From NCBI GenBank assembly GCA_036172245.1, contig JAYWIR010000051.1, forward strand, positions 186,001 through 250,000: a stretch of 64,000 nucleotides of DNA. Reading direction: 5' to 3'. Made by a program: the position numbers and the translations under genes. This document shows, piece after piece, positions 36,901 to 50,471 of the stretch (the stretch's first letter is position 1; the number at the start of each line of letters is the position of its first letter). The notes under the pieces were generated by a model that saw only the letters and a program-made list of their open reading frames with translations, did no database searches and had not been told where the DNA came from. This stretch comes from Raillietiella orientalis. Taxonomy: Eukaryota.

Positions 36901-39900
36901 AGGTAAAAGGCCCGGAAGAAATCGAGGTGGCTCCTGTGTGTGCTGCATGCAGACTACGGGAATACAGACTAATAAAAATATATAAAAAATATATATTGAA
37001 TAAATAAAAAATATTCCATTTATTGTTTTTTATGTTTTGATGCTTGCGCTTTTGGGCAATTGCACCGATGAAAAAAAAGTGGAAGACGAGTCCTGATGCA
37101 AAGGCACAAGGCTTGAAGACTGACTAATCAGCATCCTGACGGATTAGCTTCTTTGGACTGGTTGTTTCATCCGAAGGAAACTGTCAGTCGTTTCCCTTGG
37201 CCACAGTAAGGCGTATTGGAAATCGAAGTTCCGTACAAATCAAGAGGCAACTGATTTGCGATCTAAAAGCCAACTTGATCGAAAGATCACTGGGTCGATT
37301 AGGCTGGGGGAAATGGGTGGGCACCTCAGCGTAGGTGCGGGGTTCAGTCAGCTTTTGCGAAAATTCTGCAGCTCGAATGGGAAGGGATGCGCTTTCCAGT
37401 TTCCAAGTTCCTGAGTGATAGGGACACCACTTGTGGGCAGAGACCGCGGAGATTCTTAGGTCAACATGAGTGTTGAGAGAGGGAGGACGCGATCTTCGAT
37501 GACAGCCACCGTCGGGAGCGGTTTGGTTCCAGCAAGCACGGATGCCAGACTGTTCTTTCGGGTGGTTCGCCGCGACCAGCGAAACCGATTGCGGCCCGAA
37601 GCCGATCTTAGCGAAAAGGGGGCGGACGGGGAGTTTGGTTAGGAGTTTCCCGAAGGAAGTTCACGTCCCCCCTCCATCTCCGGTTCATTCGCCTCTCCCT
37701 CCGCGTCCGGCGCGGTGTGCCTCCGACCTGGCTTCTCTGGCGGAAGCCGCGAGCTGATGTGCGGTCCCCCGTTCTTGTCGGAACCGGGAGCGCTCAGAAG
37801 GGCTCCTCGTCGCTCGTCGCGGCCGCTTATGAACTCCGGGGTAATCGACCTAAGGCTGGACGGATGATGAATGGGTTTCGGCATTCGGGAGGTGCCCGAC
37901 GAAACCCAAGGAAATGGGATGAGGGACCGCCTTCCTAATTGTTCCACAGGATGAGCGCAGGTGGCGCAGATCGAACGGCGGCGGAAGCTCGCTGCGCCGG
38001 CAGCGGAAGAAACCCGCTCATCTTAATGTGCGCGCCGCGACCCACCGTTGCGATCGGCATCCGTAGGGGCATCCAAGGCTCGCGACGTCTTCCCCCGTTA
38101 CCATGGCCACGGGACGGAAAGGGAGCGTTCCGTTCCGAGCTGAGGGCCGGCGCAAAGAAGACGTGGATGCTCCACCGCGAGTGGCCAAGGAGGGGGAGGG
38201 GAGTTCCGCGCCGGAAGAAGGTGGCGTCTCCGTCACCGTTCTCGAGAAGCTCATGTGCGGGACGTTGGCAGCCGCGGCCACCGAGTAGCTCCAGGTCGAA
38301 GTTCCGGTGCCGTTTCCGGAGAAGACGAGTCCTTAGGGAAGGGCGATTTGGGGGATTCGTTTCCGAGGGGGAGAGAAGGGGTGAAACGGAGTCTGGTTGC
38401 CGCCGGATCCCGAGGGAGGTCGTCTTCCTAGAGAACCAGGACGAGCCTGAAGAGGACCGCCGACCGGCGGTGCGAGACCTCAGCACCCGGCCGTTCGAGA
38501 AGCTCCATGAGAAAAGAGCGGCAGAACGGTCGAACCCAGGAGGACTTCCGGTGTTGCGGCGGTCACTCCTCCCTCTTATTCCCTACGGGTGGGATCCTCA
38601 GGATCGAGGGGAGTCCGTCTGCCGACAGCGGCTGTCCGTTCTCGGTCTTGGAGAGCCGACCGTTTCCTTCTCATTCTGCACCATAGCCGCTCAGGGTCAC
38701 CCTGGGGCTGCGGAATCGCAAAAGAGGGAGAGACTCCTCCGTGGTGCCGTGGCGGCGAACAGGTGGGGGGAGAAACCCGCACGGTCGGTCGAAGGGCGCC
38801 TCTTCGAAGGACTCTCGGGCTCAGGAGGAAGCGTCCGCAGGAATACAGGTGCGCCGGGAGAGGATGCGGGGGGAGGGGGGAGGGGAAGGGTCTGACTTCC
38901 GCGACGAAATGGGTGGCAGGAGGATGCTTGGCTGCTAGGCGCGCGGACTGTCCGAGGACCCGGGATTCGGGCATGCAGGAAGATCTTCCGAGTCCTATCG
39001 GAAGGGGGAGGCGCGGGCAGTGGGCAGGCGCCGGGACCATCCAGCAGAGAGCCTTTTGCTTGCCTCTTCCTAGGGTCACCCGGGGAGGGAGGTCTCGGCA
39101 CGGGAGGGACGGCAGCAAGGGGGCACCCTGTCCTCCCAGAACCTGCCATTCCTTGCGCCGGTTTCCTCATAAGACGCGGTTCCTCGACTGAGTGCTCACC
39201 AGGGTGCTCGCCTTCCCTTTCTTGGCGGCTCGCGAACTTTCGGGCGACGGGTGGGCTCCTGGCAAAAGAGGCTGCGTGGGTCACCCTAGAGTTCCTGCGT
39301 GGGCGATGCGGACTTTCGTGCGGAGCGCGCTGCGACTGCTCCCTACGAGCAGCAGCACCCCTTTCCTCCCCAATCCAGAAAGGCGTTCAGCCTCCCTCGT
39401 CCGCTCGCCCCCTCCCCGTCCCGACGCAAGCGCCTTGCTCAGCGAGCAGGAAAGCCCGTGAGTCACGAGCGCTTCGTTTCCTCTTCCGTGGCGTCTCCAC
39501 GGACGCCCGCCGGAACCGCGCGAAACGCCACGCGGGTCGCAGGAAGCGCCGCCACCTGTCGGGAGTGCTGCGTGTGACCGTCGAGAGTTCGCAGGGCGCG
39601 CCGCGTCCCGCACGGAACGGTCGCAGGGCAGCGGGGGCCGAGAGATACCCCAACCCCTTCCCCCATCGCCTGCGTGCACCACAGAACGCGCATGTGTCTC
39701 TCTTGTGCCTCCATTGGGCGAGTCGCGGAGTCCCCGCGCCCCGGAGAACGTCCGGAGCTTCCGGAAGGGGACTCCGGGGCAGCGATAGGCAAGGTCGTAG
39801 TGGGCGTGCGTGAAACCGCCACGTCTGAGCAGCCTCCGCAGGAAGCGGTGACAGAGATATCAATAAAAATAATGGGAGTGGAGGGGGAATGGAATGAAGC

Positions 39901-41031
39901 CTGTGCGGTCCCTATCAGTCCGTCCGGTGCGGTATCCATTAGCAACGCATCCGTACCCTGCTCCACCGAATGGAACGAAGTGCGCTCGGGGGCGCGAGCG
40001 ACGTTCGCGGGCGGGTTGCACCCCCCTCCTCGTCCTCCTACGGCCTGCCTTCCCCTCTCCCCCTCTTTCCCTCCCTTCGCGTCGTTCCGTAGTCGGGGCG
40101 GCTCTCCTTCCCGGAAGAGGAAACCTCGGAGCGGAGAGAGGGCGCGAGCGAGAGGAGCGGCGACCCTCCACCGCCTGGGGCTGCTTTGAGCGTCCTCCGC
40201 GCGGGGATGCCGCGCAGTGGCCCCTCGGGGATGCGTCCTCTGCGCCCCCTCCCTCCCTTGCCGTCCTCTCACGCGGCGAACTCGAAGGGCGCGCCTAGCA
40301 ACGGAATGCCCGGCCCGCCAGAGACCCCCGAGGCGGCGGCACAAAAGGGAGTAAGGAATGCAGAAACCTTGGCTCAGTGGACGCCCTCGGGGCACCCCCC
40401 TGACCTTGGGGTACCGTCGCTGCCCCCGCTGATTGTCCCACCAGAGGCGAGTCACCCTCGCCTCCTCGCAGGATCCGCAGGGATGGGGGTGGGGCGTCCT
40501 TCCTGCTCCCTCTCGAAAGGAGAAAAAGGGTGAAGGGCCGGAAGGTTCGAGGATCTCGCCCAGTTGCTCCGGGCCCTTTGCCCCTCTCCCGCGCTTTCGG
40601 TCTCCAAAGAGGAGGCATCCAGAGGCGCCCCTTCCCTCCCCTCTCCTTCGAGCCAAGGACAAGTTCCTCCCTTCCTTTCGCTTCCAGAGTCCGCAGGATC
40701 CGGGACGCGCCGCAGCGCGCCCCGAGGCGTTCCTGTCCGCCTAGGGGCAGAAGGGAAGGAGTACTGGCGCTCGCGCGCTTCCTGCACCCCCGGGGCATCC
40801 ATCCACGCGCCCCGAGGCCGTGTGACGGGGGGAGAGAGGGAAGGTGGGGCTAAGAACGTCTCACAACCGTCTGGCTGTTCATTCTGGAACGGAGTCCCGG
40901 TGGGGAAGATGGGTCGCTCACCCTCCCGGGAGCGAGTGAGCGAGGGGTCGTGAGGGCGGTATGGGTGGCTTCCGTGACCACCGGATCTGCCACTCCCCCC
41001 TTCTTTCCAGCCGGCCCCAGAGGACCTTCGA

Positions 41032-44000
41032 ATGCCGCTGCGACCGCGCGCCCAGACGGGAGCGCTCCCTTTCCCGGATGCTCTCCTTCTCCTCCTCCTC
41101 CTGCCCCTTCTCGGCGCCGCCGCCTCCGAAGACAACCACCCGGAAGCTCAGTGGCTGTTGGAATTCAAGGGACAACTGGTCCGCTCGCTGCTGGCGGGGA
41201 CCGTGCAGAGGGAACGCGGTAAGTTGCCTCGAGGCGAGGGTCCCCTCCACTGGCTTCCCGATCCCCACGGCGTTTTTCCCCATTTCCGGTTCCGTCGAAG
41301 AGGCTTCCGGGAGAAGACTCGTCGTAGCCGCACCCGGGGGAGGCGCCTCTATCGATCTGCGTCCCCCGGGGATCAACGAGCCGGACGCCCTCACCCTCTT
41401 CTCCTACCGGGGGCGCCCCTTCGCCTTCGCAGCAGGAAGCCGGTCGGCCGCCGTGTTCCCCGTCGACCCGCTGTCTCCCGGGGCGGCGTCCCCCGCCCTG
41501 GCAGTACTGGAGCTGCAGGACCGTGTCAGCGGTCTCGCGGTAGGTGCGGTGGGAGCCCCTCCTTCCGACTCTCGTCCTTCCTTCTCTCCTTCCAGGCCCA
41601 GTCCCACGGGGACCAGGTGTTCCTGGTGGTCGGATACAAGGACCTCGGCGGATCCCGCGTCTTCACTTGTTCCCCGGGGAGGGGGTGGACCGTCCGCTTC
41701 CGGCACTGGCTGTCGCACGGGAGCAGGAGCCCGTCGGGCTACCGGTTCTTCCAGGAAGGTCGCCGGCTGCTCCTGGTGGTGACCTACCGGTCCGACGCGC
41801 TACGGGGGAGCGAAGGAGGAGCGGCGGCTGCCCCAGGAACTGAGGTGCTCGAGTGGAACGGCGAACACTTTGATTTACAGGTCACCCTGCCGACCTTCCC
41901 TTCCACGTCGAGCGTGGTCTTCAGGGACGGCGGTGGATCGACCCTGGCGGTGGGCGTCGCCCAACACGAAGGCGAAGGTGGGAACCCTCAGGTCAGTAGG
42001 CCCTTGAAGGCTCAGGGAGCGCACTCCTCCGGGGCCACGGGGAGGAGGCAGGATGGGAGGCCCCTCTTGGGGGCGCCGGCGTGCCCGGAAGAGCGGGTGG
42101 ATGAGCCTGTGCTTGAGCCGGGTTTCAGGGCGCCTTCTTGGGGCCACTCCCGCTCCGAGACCTCCCTACCCCGGAGGAGACCCCAGGAAGGAGCGGTAGG
42201 GAGGCTCCCTGCCTGCTGTCCGCGTCTTCCACTCCAGGTGGGCTCGAGGATCTTCCTCCTGGATGAGACCTCGGTCGGCCTCGGCGCCGCGCGACTGCTC
42301 CAGCAGCTTCCCTCCGACGGCGCCCTGCAGATGGAGACGTTCGTCCACAGGAACCACCGTTTCCTGCTGATCGCTAACCGGAACAGCTCTGCTGCCATAT
42401 TCTGGTGGGGAGGTGAGCGGTGGCGGATGGGGGGGGGGGGGGAGGGTCGGACGGAATAGGCGTTCTCCCCTTCCGCAGGCGCCCGGTTCGTCCCCTGGCA
42501 GACGATCCCGGCGCCTCGGGAAGGCTCGGGAAGGAACGGCGGGAAAACCGGGAGCTCCAGGATGGGAAGGCTGTGGACATCCCGACGATTCGAAGGGGAG
42601 CTCCTCCTGGTCTCGGCCGACGAGGTGAATGGTGGAGAGGGGGGAGAAGTGGAGGAGCATCTGGACCGCGGTCCCCCTCCCTTTTAGGAGCGGCTCGCGT
42701 TCCACCTCATGAACGAGGACGGCCGCTTCGCCGAGGTGGACGAGGAGCCGCTGCCGCCACTGCGCGGCACTGCAGGCAGCAACGTCGTTCTGGTGGACTT
42801 GGTGGACTCGGAAGACGGGCAGCTGTTCGTCTTCGTCTGCAAGAGGAGCGCCATCGCCTACCGGGAGCTCGCCTGCAGGCTCCATCCAGTGTCCTTCTCG
42901 GCGACCGAAGGGGCCGCCTCCCCGGCAGGTAACGCGGGAGGAAGGGTGGTGGAGGCTGACCCGCCGACCTCTCCTCCCTCACCGCAGGGCGCGAAGGCGG
43001 CGGCGAGAGCTGTCTGGAGAGCCTGTCGCGGGAGGCGGAGGCTCGCCTTCGCGACCTCGAATCACTGGATGCCCTGTCGCGCAGACTGTTGCTGACCTCC
43101 GGAGAGACCCAGGAGATAGAAGGCGCCCTTTTCGTCCACGGGGACGTCTCGATGGAGGGGACCCTATCTGCTGGTTCGATCCGGTTCGACCTCGAGGACG
43201 ACCCCCGCGCCCCGAGGTCGCTGAGCGGGAAGCTGTCCAAGCTAGAACACGCGATCGCCCGCCTGAGGCGGGAATTCGGCGACCTCCTGCGCGTCTCGCT
43301 TCCGGACCAGGTCGTCCACGGGACGCTGGTGTTCCGAGAGGTCCTCTCGGCGGAAGTCTTGCGCGTGGACACCATCCGCAACGATGTGCTGGTCAACGGG
43401 GAATCGCTGCTGTGGCCCTCTTCCTCCAAGGGATGGCGCTCCATGGAAGTGGGGAACCTGACCATCTCTGGGACCATCAACGGAATCTTCCCGGATGGTA
43501 GGCGGGACTATTAGCAGCCTCTTCGGGCGGTTTTTCCCCGAAGCGCTGGAATCAGATATCATGGACATTAACGGCGGAGGGTGGACAGTCACGGGACTGC
43601 ACAGCTACGCGGATGTCACGGTCCTCGATGGCGTGGAGATCTCTCCGGGAGCTCCCGTCAATGACTTCTACTGGGGGGACGTCGTACGAACGAACGTCCC
43701 TCACCAGGAGGTCTCCGGAACGAAGATCTTTCCGGGAGCTTGCGTGCTCGGCGACGTAATGGTTTTCGAGACCGTGAACGGGGTATGGGACGTGTCCCTG
43801 CCTTGCACCTTTCTCTCCTCCCTTCCTCTTCTTCCTCTTCTCTTCCTCCTCTTCCTATTCCTTTCCCAGCCACCTCGCCTTCAGGGGAGCCACCACTGAA
43901 TTTATTTCAGGTGCATCTGCAAGAGTGGGCCAAGTCGGTGGTCAGGCTAGACGCTGACCAGGAATTGCTCGGAAACTACGTCTTCGAAGGGGACGTGGAC

Positions 44001-47000
44001 GTCCTCGGTGACGTCGAGGTGTACGTCCTCAACGGCGTGCCTCTGGACGGTTTCCTCGATTCTCTGATCCATAGGGAAGATGGTTTTCTAGGAGGTGAGT
44101 GATCAGCGGCGGCTACGAGGGGGTGGAGTCGGAATGGGGGTGGGTCCGACCGCACCTCCGGAGCCCTCTTCAGGCACTCTGGTGTTCGCGGCTCCCGTCG
44201 AGGTCTCTGGAGACCTGACCATCGGCGGTCTTGCCAACGGAGCGAAGCTCTGGGACGACTTTCTTGTCCCATCTCGGGACCAGGAGGTGCTCGCGAGCTT
44301 CTCATTCTCCCGCGTGGTGGTGCTGGGAGCCCTGCTCTGTGACAACCTAAACGGCCTGAGCTTCAGCAAGGACGTCGTGAGTCTCCATGGAGACAACGTC
44401 ATTTCCGGTGAGCGTGAGGGAGGAAGGGTAGGAGGAGGGTTCGCCGGAAACTTCTTCATCCACAGGAGACGTCGTATTCGCAGCTCCCATCACCGTGGGC
44501 TCCAGCCAACCCACCGTGATCTACGAGGACCGCGTCTTCGAGGAGGACGTGTTTTTCAGCGGCTCCGTACACGTGCAAGAAGTCAACGGTTACGACCTGA
44601 CCAACCTCACTCACACCTACTGGATGAAGTCGGAACCCCAGGTACTTGCCGAGAGGCGAAAGGAAGAAATGGTGGCAGAAGCTCGCACCGCGTGGGACTC
44701 TTCCGGCCTGACGGCTTCCTCCTTCCTTAGGTGGTCTACGCCAACGAGGTAGTAGTGGCACCTCTGGGCAGCGCAGTCTTCGAGGGCGACCTGGTGGCTC
44801 ACAGCATCGGCGGACGGCCGTTCGAGGACTTCATAACCCTGGACAACGATGTGATCATCACGGGAGAGCTGTCTTTCGAGGGTGGCGTTGAGGTCGCGGC
44901 GACCGCACCCGTGACCGTCGGCGAAGGCGAGCTGGTGGACGGGGTGGACCTCTCGGAGCTTTACCGCGGCGCCTATCTCTTGCACGAGAGGCAGCCCGTC
45001 CAAGGGTCGAAGAGGTTCCTGGGTCCGGTGCGCGTCTTTAGGGACGTCATAGTGGACGGGCGCGTGAACGGCGTCGAGCTGCGCGGCTCTGTCACAAGGC
45101 TGGACGGAGACGTCGAGGTGACAGGTGCGGGTGCACTGGCGGGACGCGGCCTACCTTCTTCCTTGGGCGTTGGCAGGTTCCAAGAGGTTCTCCAGCTGTA
45201 CCCTGGACGAGGACCTGCTCGTCACGGGAGACTTCTCGGTGCAGAGACTGGGCGGCGTCGACTTCGACGAGCTCGTGCGGAAGATGGTCTTCGTGGACGA
45301 GGCGACCGTCGTGCGCGGGAGAGTTAGGCTGGAGCACTTTGACGGTGAGGATAGTCGCACGGCGTTTGACGGAGGCAGAGGCGGCGGCGACAAAGCAAGA
45401 AGAGGAGAAGAGGGCGGGGGGAGGCACGCGCAATTAGCTCATTTCACCCATTTGTTTTGTATTCTTTTATTTTTCAGCCAACGTCGTCCACGCGAGAGAG
45501 ATCAGTGACCTTCCCTTCAGGTCCCGCTACCACCTCCTGTCCGGCCTTTCCAGCACGTACCATACGCTGGTGGTGCAAGGAGACGCGGTCTTCGGAGATT
45601 CTCTCCGGGTCTCCGGAACCGTCAACGGCTATCAGCTCGAGAAGTTTGCGGACAGGGTGAGCAGTGCGCCCCTACACGAGGACCGAAGGAAGAACGGATC
45701 CTGGGAGGGTCCACTTTCCTTCCGGGAACAGAAGGGGTGCAGGACCCTTCCGTCTTCTTTTCCTCTTCTCTTCCTCTCCCTTCCTTCTACTTCTCTTCCT
45801 CCTCCTCACTTCCTCCTCCTCCTTTCGTTTCCCCACGTTTGCTCTACTTCCCCAGCCAAGGGCTGGGAACCGCTAAGCCACGGACGGTACTGCAAAGAGT
45901 CTCCCTGCACCTGCACAAGGAACCTCCGATCGCAACCCCGAACTGGCCGGACCTCTTCGACCTTGCCTCAGGAAGGAGGGAGGTCAAAGTAGCAGACCAT
46001 GCAGAGTGTCGTAGTCCGGCCGAAGGGCGAGACGGTCCCCTGGCTTGGGGCACGCGTGCCGGAAGCTCAGTGAAGCCCAGGAGGGGAGTGGGAAGGAGGA
46101 GGGAGAGGATAGAGTTTCTGCAGCAGCGCCACCGCTGTGCAGGACGACGGCTCCTTGGAAACCTCCAGAGCCGTCTCCAGGAGAGCACACACTGCCAACT
46201 TGCACTTACCTAACCCGCCCCTCCGTGATCTTCAGGCTTCTTAACCCCACGGAAGGGATCTGAGCATGGCCCATTCGTCTCCCTCTTCTCAGGTGATCAA
46301 GAGCAACGAGGTGACTTTCGTGACCGGACAGAAGCTCTTCGAAGGGCCCGTGCACGTGCTGGGTGACCTCCGTACCGACCTGGTGAACGACGTCGACCTG
46401 GAGGCCCTCCTGGACCGCATCCTGCTGAACTCCAGACCGCAGGTGCTAACGGTCCCCCTCACGGTCAGCGGAGGGGTCATTATAGGTGCGTGAATGAGCC
46501 TGAAAGGCTCAACTCGGTCCTGGGCTTCCCTTCCGCTTCCCGACAGACTCGCTGCATGTCCATGGCAGCTTCGGAAGGCTCCCTGCAGACGATCTGCTGT
46601 TCGATGACGGAAGCACCTCGCTGGACGGGATCGCTCTCTCGGGAGACGTGACCTTCGATGGCGCATCAGTTTCCTTGGAGTCGGACGTGATCAACGGCTG
46701 CAACCTCTCGCAGGTGGGAATCCCACTCTCCGCCACTACCCCTCCGGCACCTTCCTCTTCAGATCTGGCAGTCTCTGGTGCGGGCCTCCCCCTTCGACCT
46801 TGTCTCGGAGGCGTTTATACCGCAGCGAGCAAGGTCGCTGAAGGTTGCCGGCGACGTCCGCTTCTTTCGAGGTATTCAGGGCGTCGACATCGACCGCATG
46901 CTGTCGCATGTCATAACCCGCTCCGGTGGGCAGACCATTAGGTCACCAGTCAGCATGCCCGATGGGTTCTCCGCCCGCCGCGCGCAGATCGACGTTCTCA

Positions 47001-49847
47001 ACGAAAAGCCCTTGGATCTTGTGTTCGCGAGCGCTCTGCTCACCGAGGGAGATCAGGTGGGTCACCACGGAGGCATGAGCTCACTCCACCCTCGGGCCAT
47101 CTTGACGGTGGTGGTGGTCACCTTCGAGCAAATATCCTCACTCCCTTTCCTTCCCTTCAGGTTGCTGGGGGGCACTTCCTCTTCGCCGACGGGCTGTTGG
47201 CCCAAAGGGTACAGGTCGGAGGTCATGTGCTGTCGTCCTCCCCGGTCTCCGTCAACGACGTGTTCCTGTCCGCGTTCGCGAACCACGTGGTCCCTGCAAC
47301 GGGGGAGGTTCCCAAGGACATCTCCGGAGACAAGCTCTTCTCTGGCGGGATTCAAGCGGATGACCTCTTCGTTATCGCCTCCTTCAACGGGATGGACCCT
47401 GACAGCCTTGTAGTGACCTCCCGCAACGTCCTCCTAGACGAAAAGGCCACTTTCGACGCCGACGTGATCTTCTCCGGCGACCTGTTCGTTTACGGAGAGG
47501 TCGACGGGGTGGACCTGAAGAGCTTGCTGAGAGACAGAGTCACCTTGTCCACAGATCAGAAGCTTTACGGAGGGGTCAACGCCTCCGGGACAATGGTCTT
47601 GCAGGGTGCGTAGAGGAAGGATCAGGGGAATCAGACTCCCGTTTCCATGGTGTTTTTCCCCCCTTTGACATCATTTCCTCCTTCTCTCTTCCCCGCCTTG
47701 ATCTCTGCAAGCACCCGTGTCCTGGAGTCACGGGTACAGCCGTCGGTCGCCTGCCGCCTCGCTCCCTTCCCTCCCTCCTCCCAGGACTAGGTTTCCGATA
47801 GTGCGAGGAGGAGACGCTAGCTCCTCAGGTGAAGGGAGGATGGAGAAGGAGAAGGGAACGAGGGAGCAGGGGTCCAGGTGAGAAGGATGACCTTTCTTCT
47901 CCATCCACCCCCAGACCTGGAAGTCGACGCCATCAACGGCATCCCGTGGGACACCGTGGTGACGCGGAGGGGTGATGCTCGCATCCTCTCCGGGAAGACG
48001 TTCCGGAGCGTCTCCGTGGACACCGACATGAGGGCGGACCTCCTTAATGACGTGGACCTTGTCCACCTGGCGGAGAGCTCCGTGAGGCTGGACGAACCGA
48101 GAGAATTCGAGAGCTGCGTGGTGAGAGGACCTCGAGGGGCGGTGGGCAGGGGGAGGGCGCAATCATGTCTCCTTCTCGAGGCGCGGCGGCACGTTCTTTC
48201 CCCTCTGGGGTCTTGGACCTGAGGGTAAGCTGTCGCAACGCGCCCCGATGGAAGGAGGCCGTTTCCATGCCCTCCCCCTCCTGGGAAGGAGACCAACCGT
48301 TGGTCGCCCGCTGATGCATCGGCTGGTGCACTCGCGCGCCCGCAGGTCTTCACTGACGAGGTGAGCACAGCGCAGCCCGTGGTTGCCACCGAGAGTGTCA
48401 ACGGCGTCTCCTCGAGCGACCTGGAGGCAAGGGAGCTGCGGTGGCATCGGCTACGTGCCCACGTGGACACAGAGATCGCTAGAATGGATGCGGTGGAGGA
48501 GATGTACGTGGACAGTCACGCGAGAATGCACGGTGAGCTCCAACCCGTTCCGTTGTGGACGGACTCCTTCCCTCGCCACCACCACCAGGCGGCTCTCGCG
48601 GGAAGCTGCGGTACTTTGAGGACTTTGGTCAGATGCCCCTGAGGGATGTTGTTGCGTTCCGCTCCGGCCGCGAGAGGGAGGCGGCACCACTGGTGGCGAC
48701 GCAGTCCCTGCCGTGCCTCGAGGGCAGGCGTTGGTGCCGCTGCTTGCGCACTGTGCCGCTCGGACTCGGCGGCGGCGACGGCGGCGGGAAGTGGGGGGTC
48801 TTCCTGCAGAGACAGAAGGAGGAGGAGGTGGACGCGAGCGGGTAGGTGATCGCACCTCGAGAGCTTTTCCCGACCCCTCCGACTTCCCCAGCCGGTGTGC
48901 GGATGGTCCCCTGGGGCGCCTCTTCCCGCTCCCGGGCGTCCGGCTGCTGAGGAAGGTGGTGCCCGGGGACGTCGAGGTACTGATTGAGTGGAGCGGCTTG
49001 GAAGGCATCGTGGTGAAACGGAGACTCCACGGCGCCGCCGCGTGGACCTTCGTCCAGCATATCCCGGCGGCCTCCTCGGCAGCGACCCACGTGGAGACCG
49101 TCGCCGTCGCCGGGAAAGACGCAGCGGAGGGACAACAGCCGTTCCTGGTCGTCGTCAACGGCTACGACCCACGGGATGAACCAGCGACCTCCCTTTCCGT
49201 CGTGTACGGATGGAACCCCATCTCCAGGCAGGTGCGTGGATGCCACCCTTCCTCCCGTCCCGGCTCACCTCCTCCCCGCCCTTCCGGCGACAGTTCGAAG
49301 TGCTGCAGGCTTTCGAGACGGACGGACCCCTGGCGCTGACCGCCTTCTCCTTCGAGGGAGATGCTGGCTTCGTAGTGTCGCAGAAGCCGAGGACGGTTCC
49401 ACCGCCTCCCACGCGGGAGGAGCAGGAAGGCCCGCTCAGAGGCTCCCTTCTCCTACCCGCCCGGGCCTCCGCGGGATCCCTGCTCGTGTATCGCCTGAGA
49501 CCAGACCACCGCAGCTTCGATCGCGTCCAGGAGATCCAGGAGCGAGGTGTAGTGATGGCAACCACCTTCTCCTTCAGAGGTGAGCGAGGGACTCGGCCCC
49601 AGAGGAGAAGAAATCCCCTCGTGACCACCCGACCCCTTCGAAAGGTGGATTCTTTCTGTGCACCGCGTCGTCCAGCGAGCATCGCGTGGCGGTGTTCCAA
49701 TGGAAGGCGGCCCAGGGTTTCGACCGCTTCCAGGACGTCTTCGTGGAATCCGCGCGGGCCGTGGGAGCGGTGGTCCGCCCTCCCGAGGCGTACCTCGTCG
49801 CCTCCGACGGGCACTCCGTTAGAGCGTTCCGATCCGTCGTCTTCTGA
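41032..49847 (+). CDS. Large secreted repeat protein, about 2013 aa, 24 exons; probable Closca/Polehole (fs(1)M3)/Nasrat-family eggshell protein
   Basis: Exons 41032-41218, 41301-41539, 41596-41991, 42238-42412, 42479-42624, 42688-42928, 42988-43497, 43544-43782, 43911-44094, 44174-44407, 44466-44641, 44731-45124, 45177-45344, 45478-45656, 46293-46485, 46547-46713, 46763-47056, 47161-47605, 47915-48120, 48346-48532, 48589-48841, 48892-49231, 49294-49579 and 49645-49847 join in frame via GT-AG introns (6042 nt). Signal peptide (LLLLLLLPLLGAAA), EAR/EPTP-like blades at both ends (e.g. QQLPSDGALQMETFVHRNHRFLLIAN..SAAIFWWGG), and central repeats GxKxF..V.V.GD....VNGVDL. Gene model is well supported; family name is recalled, not searched. 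Confidence 0.85.
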
Positions 49848-50471
49848 AGTGTTGCCAAGAGATGAGCGCGGAGACTCCTCCGTGCAGCGTTCCCACTCCT
49901 TTCGTTGTTTATCCGGGAAAGGGGGGAAGAGGAGACAGGCAAGGAAGAGGGTTCCCCACCCATCCTTCCCAGTACCCTCATGGAACTCCCCGTTTTCCCT
50001 GGGGAGTGGAGGCTTGCGAGCGTCCGTCATCGTCTCCTGGCACCCACGGGAAGAAGGGCAGCGGTGTGGGCCGCACGCAACCCCCCCTTCCTATTTCAGA
50101 AGACTAGGGACGCGTCACCCATTGAAGGCATCCTCCGGTAGCAGCCACTCACCCTTCACAGGGAAAACACACGGACGAGCAGGGAGTCTGGGAGAGACAG
50201 GGAGCGGACGGGCTTTGTTGCGGGTGCCTCATCGGCAGAATGGAGGCGCCGCCTCCGCTGCCACCAAGCGTGCTTTCAGGGAGGTGCGAGCAGATGGAGA
50301 AGCAAGGAAGAGGCGATCCCCAAGAGTGGAGGGTCCTCCTCCTTTCTCCCTATCCACTTCCGTCTGTCCCCCTCTCCTTCCTTTATTGTTGGCTCTCGAG
50401 GACGGAACAGTCCTTTCCGCTCTGGGAAGGAGCAGCGCGGACGGTTCAGTCAGCCTCCTAGGCGAGGGCGG

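Noticed and set aside
35600..37500. ORFs 35937-36416 and 35916-36326
   Set aside because: No recognisable domain or splice structure; likely non-coding or unrecognisably decayed repeat.
37500..41000. Long ORFs 37939-38895 and 39463-40662 as upstream exons or a separate gene
   Set aside because: No domain-like sequence or consistent splice chain. The downstream gene already begins with a signal peptide at 41032.
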